Positions 49,976 to 64,000 of a DNA stretch of 64,000 nucleotides are shown piece after piece. The DNA is from Lingula anatina. Taxonomy: Eukaryota; Animalia; Brachiopoda. The number at the start of each line of letters is the position of its first letter. The first letter of the stretch is position 1. Location: contig CM120640.1 of NCBI GenBank assembly GCA_051362555.1, positions 53,298,788 through 53,362,787 on the forward strand, in the 5' to 3' direction. The notes under the pieces were generated by a model. That model saw nothing but the letters and a program-made list of their open reading frames with translations, was not told the origin of the DNA and ran no database searches. A program made the position numbers and the translations under genes.

Positions 49976-50481
49976 AAGATAATACCTTAACTTTATAGGT
50001 AATATTTAAATAAGACATTTAAGGTAGATCTTGGTATAAGTAGGACAGGTGAAGGGTAGATTAGGCACCTATGACTCGGGACTTAAAAACTAAGGCAGTG
50101 GGAATAAAGCTGTTTGGATCTTCTCCATCTGTGAACATAAAATCGAACCTTACACCAGCAAGCAGAGTGGATGGTACACAGCATCTTGGACCACAATATC
50201 CCTTTCGCTTATCAAAATTTGGCAAAAAAAAAATGCATATTTTTCATTCTGGAATCAATTTGATCATGGAAGCTTTCCGTCAAATCCCCTAAAACCTTGA
50301 CACAAAAAGTTCTTGAATATTCATTCCCCAAGCTACATTTATGCGTAGTAAACTTAAAATCAGTGCACTTTTTTAGCTAGGCTACGTTAGACCTCCGCTC
50401 TGCTGCCTCTGCAATTTGATAGTTGTATGTTTTTTTACAGTTTTTATGTAATTTTTGTTTGCCTTTCTTTCTGTAAATGTA

Positions 50482-50586
50482 CTTGAAAGATGCCACAATG
50501 CTCTACCTCCAATAGAGCTGGTGCTTTTGGTGTTCTTCTCAAAGCACCAGCTCTATTGGAGGTAGAGCATTGTGGCATCTTTCAAG
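50482..50586. repeat. Perfect 46-bp inverted repeat with 13-nt loop
   Basis: 50482-50527 is the exact reverse complement of 50541-50586. Confidence 0.9.
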
Positions 50587-50978
50587 CATATGTTTGAGCA
50601 GTGATGTGATAGCCTGATCTGATACCTATAGTTTGAGGGGTATTGCAGTTTGTCTTATTTTTTCCGACAAGTGTCATTCCTCCCAATCAATGTTAGTATT
50701 TCCTTTCGTTCATCCTGAGGCATAGGTAATGAGTCTGACATCTTTGGAGGTGAAGGATTGGTTTTGTGCGATTCTCGACCTGAAAATTTTATTGACTGTT
50801 TTTGTCAACTTTCTGTGCAATCACGATCAGCAATGATCAAGAGGTGATCATATTTTTTAATAATATTTGTTTCATGTAACACAGGTGATAGTGCTGGTGC
50901 GTTAATTTGTGATACCAATAAAAAATAAAAGCTTGTGCTTCTAGTGAAAATAGTTCTCATTGCTCCTGCTTAATCACT

Positions 50979-51243
50979 TAAGACTGGGTTCCCATACCTA
51001 GATCGATCTAACAGGATTGATTCATCTCTGAGGGGTTTCTCGCTAAATTGCTTTCAGTTAAAGCGGCTTAGATGTCTGCCACGCCTACTGAAGCTGCTAA
51101 ACGATAATTAATTACCCCCTAGCAGCTTTAGTAGGCGTGAGAGACATCTAAGCCGCTTAAGTTGATTGCAATTTAGTGAGGATCCCCTTGGAGATAGAGT
51201 GATCCACAGTTAGACCGATAGGGTCTGGAAACGGTCCCTTAGA
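50979..51243. mobile_element. Non-autonomous palindromic element, possibly Helentron-associated (HINE-like)
   Basis: Internal ~68-bp inverted arms (~51031-51098 / ~51120-51188), subterminal IRs (ttcccataccta / tagggtctggaa), asymmetric ends, other copies at 38960-39475. Confidence 0.7.
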
Positions 51244-54200
51244 TTAACATATGCCATTATTGCAGTATCCTTTATTTTAGAAAAAGTGATAGAACCAATT
51301 AAGATTATTATTATAAAACTGCTTGTATGAAGTACAGCCTTAATTGATTCACGTTTGTTTTGTTGCAACTGCTCGTTCTGTTTATTATTTTTTTTCAAAT
51401 TTTACAAATTATGAATTGCAGTAGCCAAATATTTACATTTCGACTATCTACAATAAAAGTCATTCCAGCCTTTTGTAATGAGGATATGAGCTTATTATTC
51501 ATGCTTTTACATATCTAAACTTAAACTATCTTGAACACAAGGATACACAAACTTGCCGATAAGACGGGATAATTCCCCATGTTTTCAGAACTTTCGAAAA
51601 TCCAATAACAAAACGGCTTATCCTGACAAATACTGTGTACTAATTCACATTCGTAGCGAAGTGGTACCCTTTCTCCAGGGTTGCTTGCGGACGACCAGTT
51701 GACCTTGTGCCAAAACGCAATCTTAATTCAGTAAATACTTAAGCCAATTTACGTTCCCTTTGCCTTGTAAAATAATTTCGGAAACTGTCTCCGCTGCACT
51801 TGTTTTACTTGATTAATTTTACGGAAAAGGAAATAATGGGACATTCCGCGCCGCATTTGTTTGGTACAGTCGTCTGCTTTTGCGTTGATGTTGATCGAAG
51901 CCCCGGATATCGTCTGAAAGGGATTTCTCCAGGGGCAAGACCTAAATTCAAAGTTTTATTTCCCAATTTCTGCATTGATTTCACGTTGTTGTTGTGTTTA
52001 GTTATATGTTGAGAAAAAAATCGATTCAACAAAACTGTTAATGCGTAAAAAGTTCCAGGGTCTAAGATGTCAGGGGATTTGAGAGACGCAAGTCTCTTCT
52101 CCTAGATTTTAGAGCAGGAGGCCACTGGAACTTTTACATAACGCAAAATCTGATTTGACCTAGAACCGAATCAGGAACACATTTGGACCAATTGTACCAA
52201 TTAAATAATACAAAGAAAATTCTGTGATGCCAAATCTTCAGTGTACACGAGCCTTGTGTACCATTGGTATTTTGAAAAATCCAAAGAAAAGTCGAAGACT
52301 ATCAGACTCGAAGTGTTTCAAGCATGTCGTCCTCAATATATAGATGCAGTATCCCAATTATCCTTATGTATGATGGTGACATTCTTCTTTCATTCCCAAG
52401 AAACCTGAGAGTGATAAATCGTGAAATGATTTTCCTTAGAAGATTATCCTAGAAGATTGCTAGTACCTTTCAAACCGCAAATAAGGAAATGACTCCGTTA
52501 TTGCTTACACGCAGTTTTTTTCTCCCTAATTGAACCTGCCTTTGCAATTGACTGCATGTTATAAGAGAAGTGCAATTGTCCCGAGGAGGAAATTCCTTAT
52601 TAAGTGGAGTAATTTTAATCATAATTTCATAATCTTCAAAGGCGATTCTTAAAACTCTGTTCCCGTTCATTTATTAATGCTAAAATTAAACAAACATAAG
52701 ACACTTCCAAAAAACAAACTACTTTAACTCTGAACGATTAGTCAAAACAAAGCAAAACAACGACCGTGAAGGTAATCAGACTCTCTGTCCAGGTGCCTTC
52801 CACCTATTTCTACAACTAACTAGAATGTTTCGTGATGTAATCGGCAAGAGAAACAGCAAAAACAGTTGTGCCTCAACTGTAGTACGCCATTGCCGAACTC
52901 TGGTGTAGAATTCATGTCAAGAAAATGTATCCCGTTGGTTATGTGTAGCTACATCCAGAAAATTTGGAAACCTTGGAAAGGAAGATTTTAGGGCAGATTC
53001 GCCTTTAAAAGATTTTTACTGATTGACCTTCTGTATTTATTGATATCTTTTGTTTAAGGAAGTTAGAGGTGAAGATGTGGCGATTTACTGTAAAGTTATA
53101 GCAAAGAAAAAATAGAAGGCATCTTAAACAAAGACACGTTCTGTACTTCCTTGTAACATATAATAGTCTTGAATTTTATTTGAAAAGCAAGCAATTTTCT
53201 ATTAAGGAAAATGCGAAAAACTTTTAGAAATACCACAAGCCCTGCTTTAAATTGGCAGATAAATTTGGCAGATACCAAAAGGATTGCCTAAAGTTCTTGC
53301 GACTATCCTAGTCTGTACTTGTCGGACTTGTACTTTTGTATAAAACTTGCAACCCGCTGGCCCGCTAACGCAATCAAGAGACCTGTTTTGCCTCTTCTAT
53401 AGCCAACTCTGCGGCCATCGATCATCGCCCCGGTGTTACGCCAACGTTGGTCACGTAGTAGACATCCGGGTATCTGCACTCCGACAGACGCTCCATTGTT
53501 TATTGTTAATGACATAACTCTTTGTAGACCTAGGGCCCACGTCAAAACCAGTTAACACTAAGCGTTCTTCTTTTAACAATAGAAATATAGATGTGTTATA
53601 AAAGCCGACTCAATTATTGTCAGTATAAAACTTACAAAAACATATTGAAGCAGAAGTCGTTTTCCTTTTATTGCTAACGCTTTAGTCGTTTGAAACAGCA
53701 GGTCAGTCGTCGCGGAGAAGTTTTAACGTAATATCACCAGTTGCTTAAACTATCCCGAGGAAAGCAAATACCAACTGGACCTTCTAAATAAGATCGGAAA
53801 AAAGACAAGTCACTTACTTAGGACATTAGAAGAAATGGTGATAAACATTTGGCATAAACAAAGAAGTTGAAAGAAAAACAATCTTGGACAACTGTGCGCA
53901 ATAGATGGAACGTACCAAATCTTGCTGAGAATTGATCGCCAATGCCGTGAAGCAGGGGGCATGGTGAAAATAATGATGATGAACATTTGAGAAATTTTCA
54001 AAAGATTCAACGGGGTGTATGCATTGAATCTGTATAAAGTACATCAAAGTCTTCAAAAGAGACCGGAACAAAATTACCAGTGTCTTCTAGGCGTAGGCCC
54101 TACCACTTCACTAGGTCTAACAAGAAAATAATTTATTTGAAGTTCTGCTGAACCATATTGACAAAGCCATTAGTAATTCAACTTTTGTATTTTTCACTCG

Positions 54201-54721
54201 TTTATAAACCCAGAGCCTTCCCCTTTTCACAAAGAGAGACAAGAATTTTTACCCATAAGTTTCCCCACCCTCTCCCGAAAACTCTACGTGTACCATTGAA
54301 ATTTGTAGCTTTATACGTAGGCAAGTCCTGACATGGTCACTGGAGCAAGGTCTGAAAAGGGCATGTCTACCTGCTTTGCCGTACACCTATTGTAACATCA
54401 ACATTCCAAAATGTCGTCCATACTGCAGGTTTATATACGGAAATAATGTTCATACTGCATTTAAGAAAATTGTTTACATTTTTTACAGATGTCATTGGTC
54501 CGTTTTACTGTCATATTATCGGTTCATTATAAGTGACATCATGTGGCAGTCAAAATTTGGGATAGATATTGAGTACAGTAAGGATATGTGGTTACAACAT
54601 TGATGGTTACAACAAAGGAGGGCATCCGTAAGCATGGAACCCGACGATGACACTGATGATGACGGTACTTCTTTGCTCGCGCGTGCACACACCCACACAC
54701 CAGCACACACGCCACACAATC

Positions 54722-54722
54722 T

Positions 54723-54813
<91 letters not shown>
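54722..54813. repeat. Compound microsatellite C-run-(CT)n-(CA)n-(GA)n
   Basis: Direct reading. Confidence 0.95.
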
Positions 54814-54816
<3 letters not shown>

Positions 54817-57339
54817 GACTCAAGTAATAGGTTAGATTAGTGAGAAAGCCATCATCAGGACTTAGCTGAGACATCAGGCAGGTACTATTAAGCTACCAAA
54901 ATCAATGTAAGCCCCGGAAGACCTATTTATAAGTTTAAGTAGAACTAACTATATTGTCGTCTATGTATTTATAAAAAAAAAAAAAGCATATTGACAACAG
55001 CTTGAAGGACCGCATAACCAATGTGTTGTTTACTACAAGTAGCATTCCAGCTAAATTCGAATGTGTTATTAAACTGTATTAACTACAGATAAACGTTAAC
55101 TGACAAGACGTGCCGCACCGCTACTTGACCGCGAGATGCACTAGAGAAAACCGCAAATAACCTAGACACATGGAATGGCATTTATATTTTCGCTTACATA
55201 ATTGATGCAAAAATCGAAGCTTTGAACGTCACTGTAACAGTCTATGCTCATTTGTACAGAAAAAAACTTCCATGACACTTTTACGCTATGCATTACCACG
55301 CGGAAGCGGATTAAATTAAATCTCTTGTTTATGCTTATCACAAGATTCTAATATTTTTCCAATATCTTCCGATAGAGCGACAGGATAAAAGAAGAATAAA
55401 GAGGCTTCATTTTGTTCTGATTGAACCCTATTCATTTGAGGTGTTCACGATAGACGCCATGACAAACAAACAAACAAACAGACAACCTTTCTTCGCCAAA
55501 TACAGATTGGCGATGTGGAACACAAAATGAAACGAGTTTGTAGAAATCTAATTCTTTTCCATCAAATAAACACCCAGTAAAAACCCATTTATTCAGCCGT
55601 GCTCATCTGATGATGCTCGCCTTCTATTGTTACAGACCAACAGGCACTCGTTTTCTTTTTCATCTTCACATTTTTCAGAGAATGATTAACATTCAAAAGC
55701 TACACTCTCTGACGTCAGTCAAAACTTGTTCTTAGGGATGTCTGAGTGGCACCTGTACTGGGTCAATTTGTCTCAGGGTTCATCAGCACTCATATTCACA
55801 ATAACATTTGATTCCACTGTGCCTATTCTGGTTTTTATGTGGCCATGAAGCGATGGAGGTTTTTTGAAAATGGCCAAGAGTACGTGGTGAGGGGCTGTAT
55901 GGACGGGAACATTCTGCCCAGGTTCCACTTCATTGTTCTTATCACTTACCTGATCTAACCTGTGCCTGCAAAAATGGGTGGGGGGGGGGGGGTATTAAAA
56001 AGATTTTTAAGATTTTTGTACTGAGTTTTGATTTGCAAGGCATCTTCACAGTTTGTTAAACACGAGTGAGGTGGGGGGATGGGGACAGGTGCTTGTCCTT
56101 TATTACACGGCAAAGGAATATAAAATGGACATACTCATATAATGAAAGAAAAGGTTCGCATTAAAGACTACTGTTAAAAACGACCCAGTAAGGGTTAATG
56201 CGATACGTGCACACACTTTTTCTTTTGTATAAAAATCTTTATCTACATGAGAACTCTCTCGCCCATCAGCCATTTTTGCGAAAGGGAAGTGGACTTATCT
56301 TGAAGATAAAAAGGGGCGAACTGCTACTCAGAAAAAAATCTAAGCCAGACTTTGGCCGCATTTTCGATACTTTTTCTTCTTTACCATCTTTACAATTTCC
56401 ACCTATTCAAGACAATGCAGTCAAAATGATGTATAGAAAATAGTTTTCTAGATCAATTTTGGTATGGCAGTGGACCCTACGGGAATTCACTGGCGTCTCA
56501 TTAAGAAACTCCTTGAGTGATCTCGCATCTTATTCATTTTATTACTATTCCGATTAAGATATCTTTATTTTACGTACTCTGTTAATTTTGCAATAATCTG
56601 CTATTAGTTCAGATAAGTAAGACGCAAAATTTGATAGTGTGGTTGTATGAGTGTGTTGGGGAGGGGGGAGGACTTACCATTCAAAAAGAAAATATAGGAA
56701 CGGTGTAGGGGGGGGAGATAACAATTATGGTTGGACATTGGTTGACTGGTGGCTCGGTGCATAGATATAAGAGGCAATGCAATTACATAGATGTATGACT
56801 GACGTGGTTAAAGAATAATTTTGAGGGGGCGGGTGGGAGCAGGGGATACCCCCCTCCTCCGGTTTCTACACATGTGCACTGATTACTACAGCGGCATTTT
56901 TTTTTTCAGAAACACAATAACACTCACATTGAGGTTGAATAAATGTACCCAAAGATTGTATATGATGCAGAACTCAGCTCGTTTCTCAAAACTAACGATT
57001 TTAAATACCATATTATTGCTCTAAGGAGTGCAGTCTCTTGTCCGGTTTTCCATAATAATTATTAGATCAGCGACTCTACATTTATTTAACCTGTATTTTA
57101 TTTAGTAATCACCCCACTGCTAACTATATTCAAATGTTTTTTACTTCCTTTACGTGAGCCATGGCTTGGTTTCCGTAAGCTTTTTTTCCGCGGTATTATA
57201 GCTATTTTTATCATAGCGTATCCGACGGGGTCCACAATTAGCGTTTTCGGAATATTTAAGGGGGTAAAGCTCCGGCGGGTAAGAACAATAACATTTAAAC
57301 GACACCAGCATCTCTGAATCATTGAGATGCACCTCTTCA

Positions 57340-57620
57340 CGCAACGCTGTGCTCACTAATCGTTAATCGCCAATTACTGATAAAACTGATTGATTGCCAA
57401 GGAATAGTGTGTAACATTGCAGAATCTACTCTACACCCAGTCAATATTTGCTCATTGGTATCCTTTGGCCTGCCGGAGCACTACGTCATCGCAGTCGGGG
57501 TTCCAACCTCCACACGAGTAACCGGCTCATGATTTGATTGGTCGATGTAGCCTCCACACGCCCGAATCAGCTGATTGCTACAACGGGTTAAAAATCAAGG
57601 AGAGAGACTGCTCGTCCCTA
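57340..57620 (+). promoter_or_regulatory. Proximal promoter of the TGF-beta family gene
   Basis: CpG-rich; two inverted CCAAT boxes (attgg ~57454, ~57536), CRE-like tacgtca 57482-57488, TGATTGAT at 57387, TATA-like ttaaaa ~57588, about 120 bp upstream of the ATG. Confidence 0.5.
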
Positions 57621-57706
57621 TACCCTGCCTACACTGCAGTTGAGAGAACTATAACTTGTTTTAGTCACTGCAGTCTAGGCCAGAGAGGTATCTAGCATTG
57701 AGTAGG

Positions 57707-58157
57707 ATGCATTCAATGCAGTACTGCGTTTCTGTTGTTATAGTGGCGTGCGTACATTTGGCTTGCCGGGAGCCAGCTCGGGCTATGACAGTTAGGGGAA
57801 CAACAGAAGAGGACTTTCGTTTTCCTCATCAAAATAGTTATTCAGATACTCACCAGAACGCTGCAATGACTTCATCATCCGCTAGTGCAAATCAGGGCCA
57901 AGCACAGCCTAAAAATTACATTTTAACCGACCAACAATTACACGATTTAAGACTAGAGATGATAAAGAAACAAATTTTAGACAAACTTCAAATGACTCAC
58001 AGGCCAAATATCACAACGAACAGGAATAAACTCCTGCCCGCCCCCTTAGCTCAGAGACTGTTTAAGGACCCGGACTTCCAAGCCACCGAAGCAGTAGAGA
58101 GCGAGGGAGATGATTTCTACGGAAAAACAACAGAAATGGTGGTTTTTGCAGATCAAG
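57707..58157 (+). CDS. First coding exon of a TGF-beta superfamily ligand precursor (activin/inhibin-beta/myostatin-like prodomain); gene continues beyond the window
   Basis: Signal-peptide-like N-terminus (YCVSVVIVACVHLAC..PARA), prodomain helix LRLEMIKKQILDKLQMTHRPNIT, acidic DDFYGKTTEMVVFAD, strong donor CAAG|gtaagt at 58157. No mature cystine-knot exon recognised in the window, so the subfamily is unresolved. Confidence 0.85.
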
Positions 58158-60781
58158 GTAAGTGTAACAGGCGGGTGCAAAGCATCCTGCAGCATACAGA
58201 CACCTACTATATGAAACGGTAGACTACCCGAGGTTTGTCCCACACATTGTTTGGAATGAAGTGGCGATTATGAGTTCACTGAACGCAAAACACTGTTGTT
58301 TGCCGGAATGAAATACATACTGTTAGTTTTCAATGTAATGAAATATGTGGATAAATTATTGACCCTCTAATGCAGTCTCATGCGGTAAAGGGTAGTAGCA
58401 TTTTCGACTGTAATACATGTACAATAAGAAATATATTTAAGGTTTGCATGACCTTATCAGAGTGGTAAATGCACTTAAAATTAAATTGTCTCAATTCTAA
58501 ACGGTAATTTTTGATGCCTGGGATTGATGCCCGTAATGCACGAATTTTACGAGATGCAAATGGCAAATATTCGGACATTTTGTTTTTATCGTCAGGTGAA
58601 TAACACCCAAAAAATGCATAAACGGATTTCCTGCAATTCATTATTGCAGGCATATATAAGCCTCTTAATTACACAAGTTGATATTTAAGAAACTGTTTTC
58701 AGATACTTTTTAATTGTTCTCTCCTACATTTTTTAGTTGCAACCTGTTTGCTGAACAGTTCTTCGTGTTGATGGCATTTAAGACGAACTGTCCTGAAAAA
58801 TGTGTGTTACGTTTAAGCAGGTGCATTAATACTGATAAAATTTTGGTTTCTCAATATATAGCTATAAAACTCGCGATCTGTCACTCTACCGACACTTTGC
58901 ACCCTGTTATCAATGCACGTGGAGTGTTCTAAAAATAACTCGCGTTGGCAACAGCAATTTATGCAAACTGAATGCGCTATCTGTTTTTGCATATTGCATC
59001 TTTTCTCGAAAATATTGCCAAAAAATACGAATTGAGACCGGGTAAATAGTTTAGGGAAAATACATGCTTTGATGTTTAGCAATAAAGTTGGAAGATCCCT
59101 GGACGGATTGGACGGATCGATACCAATAGTCTGGAGCGCTGACCTATTTGAAGGCAGCTGACTTACTTTTCTCCTTACCACTCCCATTTGGATGAAAAAG
59201 GACAGCATAGACGAATAAAACGTTCTGCTTAAATATCAGATTAACACCTCCATATGACCGCTGTTTCAGATTGATAGGAGTCTAGGTCTACTAAATTGCG
59301 ATCAGACTAATTTTCTCCTATAATTTAAAAACAAAAAGCCTGTCATGCGAAAGCGATTATAGAGTGTGTTCTAGACTACAAAACGGTTTAAGGCAATCAG
59401 AGGGACAGTGAGTAGGGGTGAGACAGGGTAACTTAATTACCAGTGGAACAGAGTGCGTCTGTATTAGAGCCCTAGGGAAGAAAGCGACGCTTATTCCCCA
59501 ATCAGTGTATCGACAAGCAAAGTTAGTAGCTGACTGACGGGAATCAAACAGAAGCTACATAGCTACGGTCGTTTGTGTGGTTTTCAAAACAATTGCATAA
59601 GAACGAGCGAAACGACGAGAAGTAATATTTGTTTAAATACCATGCTAAGTAACTGAAACTTTCAAAAGTGGCTACAGTAAGCACCACTAAGCCGGCTAAA
59701 TGCCGGCCGGCTTTTCTACTTCTGACGTTATTCGATAACCTGAGTGATTGACAAGTAGGGAGATCTAGGGGTGCAAGACTGGACGCTGTCATTTTCTGCA
59801 ACAGTGCGCACGTTTCATATTGTGCAGGGGCTCATACACTGTATGTCTGTGCCTTCTTCGCCAGTAGAGCGCATACAGCAGTCCCATGATGTAAAAATAG
59901 GTGCAATGTGTTTGATGTTTATAAATCGAACTTTTGGGTACAATCGTCGAAAGAACTAGAAAAATACTTTTAACTTGCCTCATTTGACTTACTCTCCTCT
60001 CCCCCTCTTGTGAATGACCCATTCATCCTTGACTTTCATGAAAATATTTCAAAGCGGATGTACAATTGTATCAAGCAGTGTTTTAGCTATCGCCAATGAT
60101 TACCTGATAAGCATGCTCTAGCTATTGCCACTTTATTTGATTTTAATGGTTAATGGACCTAAGTAAAGGCCCATAATGTTAGGATAAAGTTTGAAATATG
60201 ACGTCATTTTTACTTAAGTTTTGTATCTACTTGTGCTTTTCGAGGAATAGAAATTTCTTCCTTTTCCAAATAGCAAAAACGAAAGCCTACATGCGGTGGT
60301 CTATGTATATTTCATAAGTGAAAAAAATTGCCAATAAGTTTCGAAATTTTGCTCCATTTTAAGACATTTTATCTTGACCCAGGTCTCGACTCTATTTTCA
60401 TCAGACGATGAAGGGCATGGCGGCAAATTATTGACTCAAAATACTTACTCCACTAAAACGAAATACCCCACTAAAATGGATTTCAATTGCATTTGGGATA
60501 CTTTTGTTTAATTCCCAATGTGTCCTTTCTCTTCGTATTAAAAAGCTGTCTCTGAACACGTCTTCCTGATCAATTTTCGATCGTAATAAGAATAATTTTT
60601 GTCTTCACTAATAAAGCCTCCGTGCTTCATATCGAATTTTGATGTTCTCAAATTGGAATTTTTACAATTAAAGCACCTTAAACGATGTGAAAGTATGTCT
60701 CTTTCTCCCTGTGCATTCGATTAACCAACCGGGTTGCGATATCTGCCCGTGGAAGTTCAGGGGGAAAATGATGAAAATTAT

Positions 60782-60812
60782 ACACACACGCACGCACACA
60801 TAAAAACACACA

Positions 60813-60887
<75 letters not shown>

Positions 60888-60892
60888 AGAGA
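60782..60892. repeat. Compound (CA)n-(GA)n microsatellite
   Basis: Direct reading. Confidence 0.95.
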
Positions 60893-63710
60893 ATAAATAC
60901 GTATACATGTATGCTTTGGGTAATGGAAGATAAAAAGCATTCCCCGAGTTCAGTAGGCCACAATAGTCTACAATTAACAGTTGCAACAGCATGGAATTTT
61001 AGCAGTTTTATTGGTGATGGGAGGCGTTATCTTGTTATTATTAGGAAAAAAGACAAGGTCAGCTAGCCCATATTGTACATTGCATGTCGAAATCGACCCG
61101 TTGAGTCAACTTCCTTTTCATCCCACATATAATGCTTGAATACGCTAACTACATATGTCATCCTTGTTTGAGTAAAGTGGAGCCGTATCCTCACGATAAT
61201 CATAGTTCGTACACTAAGAGGCATCTGTAATCATTTTGTCTCTCACTTTTGGTTGTAATTTCTAAATATATTATAATTAGTATTATCATTATTATTATTA
61301 TAGAGAATAATCAAACCCAAGGACTTGCGTGACATGAATTTCATTATCTAGTTGAGAGGCCGTGTTTCAGCTATCGCTCTAGTATATTTGATAACCAGGG
61401 TTTTCAGTTAATAGGGCTAATATATTATATTCTGCTGATTCCGTGTTAATATTCATGTCTTCCTATAGTAATTACCATTGTTTTTTTTGTTTGTTTGTTT
61501 GTTTTTTTAATCTGTGGCGCAACTAAGCAGTTCTAATGGTTATCCAATACGCCCTCTTGTTTTGAATGTGCACGTGTAAAGAAAATGTCCTAGCATCCGA
61601 TTGTTATGAATGTGCGGATTTATAGGAGAAAATATGGATTCATTGATCGATAACAACTCTAGCGACTCCCATCCTGGGTTTTAGTCACTACATCGTATGT
61701 TGATTCTGGTTATATGCAACCATCCTTTATTACTGTTTTCAAGAAAAAAATAATTTGGTAAAAATCCACCGCCTATTTCTCCTTCACCCATTTAAATAAG
61801 ATGAATGAATGAAATGTAATAAAATCGCAACAACGAAAGTGATTGAGAAAGGGGGGGGGGGAGAAGATTAAAAGAAAGAAAAAAGAGGAAAACAGAGCAA
61901 GTATGAATGAAGGAAATACCCACATCAATCAATACTTGCATCAGAAAAAGGGCCTGCTTTGTCTCTAGAAATCCTGGCGAGAATTTTTACCAGGGGTGCC
62001 CGTTTCCGTCACACGTACTAAATGTCAGTTGTAACTATTCTCAAAAACTTTTTTTTTCAAAACAAAGACTGCTTCTATCGTATTCAATCGGCACCTTTTT
62101 GACAATGCCTCGGTGGCACGGAACAACGTCCAATTATTCCTGGGTGTGAGCCACAGCAGTTTTGCCCTTTTGTCATAAAAGATACGGCCTTGTATGTGGT
62201 TGGATTCATTCCCACATCGTAGTTCCCCATGAAGTTTACAGGGTTATAGTAGAGATATTAAGATATAATATGGAGTTCAATTCTTTGAGGTGGTTAGTTT
62301 TTCCGTCTGGATTTAGTTTTATCAAATTGAAATTTCCGTATGAAACAATCTTTTGAGGCTATCTATTAGCCATTCGGTCATTTAATAAGGCTTTGTGCGA
62401 TATACCACAAAGTAAATAATCGTCGTGAAACCTCCCAGCAAGTAATTGTACTACCAGTTGTAAATGTGTTTCTTCTTTGGCAGTTTACCACTAGACGACA
62501 CAGTACAATGAAAAATATGTATGTCGTTTATGCAACTCTGTTTCCAATCTCAAAATGAATAACTTGATATCTGAATAAAGACGTAACCAATGTTTTGGTA
62601 ATTTATTTGATCAAAATAATGAAAACCGCTCACTGTCTTATATGTGCGTGAGTTAGGATGAATTAAATAAAGAAACGGATAAAGAAAACACATTAATTTG
62701 TAAATAGACTAATAAATAATCAAATAGGCAGACGACTTTGTGAACTTTGAAATAAAATATTTTGCTCTCGTCTGAGACATTATGACAACAGTGCATCAGT
62801 CGTTCAAGTGATAATGTTAATGATAATTAATTGCCATAGACCGATAGTAGATTTATCATATCGGATCATGTCTTCTCCAATTGTTTCAAATGAATATGAT
62901 TTCCTGTGCTCTAACTTTCTAATGTTATTATCGAGATTTAAAGAAATTTGTCTGAAGGTTATTCCAGATACAAAAGGTTATTAATTCAACAATGAAAGTC
63001 CATTGTAGCTTTTAAGTATCAACAGGTTTTGATTAATTTTAGCTACTGAAGTGGTTTTTCTCGAATGTTAACACCAGGACAGAAAGAATAAAAAAAAACC
63101 CGAAAAAAAGTCCCAGATTGTTTCAGACGCAAAATGACATTTATCCCAGAAAACCTCGGTGCAGTGACCTAAATACATGTAGCCAATCAAGTCGTCTGAG
63201 TTCTTGTGCTGAAACAACCTAGCGTAATCCACCCTCGCGTTGGCTATCTTATCACACGCAGACAGTATATACTCCTAACCACAAAATTACATCGATATTG
63301 TCTGAAACAGCATGTTGTACTTGAACTCGAAATGTCTGTTCTTCTCCAAGGCATGTTTTTACAAACAGAAGGTCAAAGGAAACTGCGAACCGTCTGTTCT
63401 TTTGATCAATTGAAACAAACTTTAGGAGAAGGTTGGCTTGCCTGGGGGTTATTTAAGATGGAAAATATTGAGCTTCGTAAAACCAACAACACAAGCAAAA
63501 TTCTACATCACAAAAACAATTGTGAAACATTAATTTTAAGTCCATCGACATACACCTGAGCAATAGAGCCATACTTCTCTAATAAGTTTTCTGGGGCAGA
63601 GGGTTGGTTTTGTGTTTGTATGAAAGGAAAGGGATATCCTCCCGTTGTTTCCCATCTGTGATCATCACTTTTTTTGCATCTTTAGTCACGTACACAAGGA
63701 AACGTCGTTA

Positions 63711-63711
<1 letters not shown>

Positions 63712-63745
<34 letters not shown>
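63712..63745. repeat. (TG)n microsatellite
   Basis: Direct reading. Confidence 0.95.
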
Positions 63746-63747
<2 letters not shown>

Positions 63748-64000
63748 GCAATATGGCTGCCACATTAATAGTGCCCGCATGACAAAAGGTGGCATTAATA
63801 GAATTGTCAGTTATAAATACATGCAAAGGTTTTTGACATCTTGATGACATCTTTGTTGTATTTTTTACAGCTATTGTCAGATTTTTCACAGCCTAATGAC
63901 AAAAAACATTACTTTCTTAAACACCGAAGACTGTAATATGCCTTATAAGTAATGGTGATTATGCAAACTTGTCTGTATATGTTTGTACCGCAAATGTTTA

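Noticed and set aside
54516-61066. ORFs with ERERER, SLSLSL and THTH runs
   Set aside because: Products of dinucleotide microsatellites.
58378-63889. Further exons of the TGF-beta gene among the short ORFs
   Set aside because: None shows prodomain similarity, a furin site or cystine-knot Cys spacing with suitable phase-1 splice sites.

Overview
AT-rich, intron-rich animal genomic DNA, probably a lophotrochozoan/mollusc-like invertebrate (inferred from repeat style, gene content and mosaic CpG depletion; not provable here). Four protein-coding genes are supported. (1) + strand, 3 coding exons (10919-11708, 17443-17553, 17996-20364; 1089 aa predicted): an N-terminal connexin-like four-transmembrane domain spliced in frame to an NB-ARC-type STAND NTPase and a TPR-like helical C-terminus, i.e. 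an NLR-like sensor carrying a large-pore-channel domain. This is the most unusual feature of the window. (2) - strand Ldh_2-family (type-2 malate/L-lactate dehydrogenase-like) oxidoreductase with a probable mitochondrial presequence, a GC-AG intron and a tandemly duplicated, probably mutually exclusive 99-nt exon pair. (3) + strand BTB-BACK-6xKelch gene IPP/KLHL27, head-to-head with gene 2. (4) First coding exon of a TGF-beta superfamily (activin/myostatin-like) precursor that continues past the window. The rest is intronic or intergenic DNA with MITE-like, fold-back and Helentron-like elements, a perfect 46-bp hairpin, local duplications and microsatellites. All family assignments are by eye; no searches were run.
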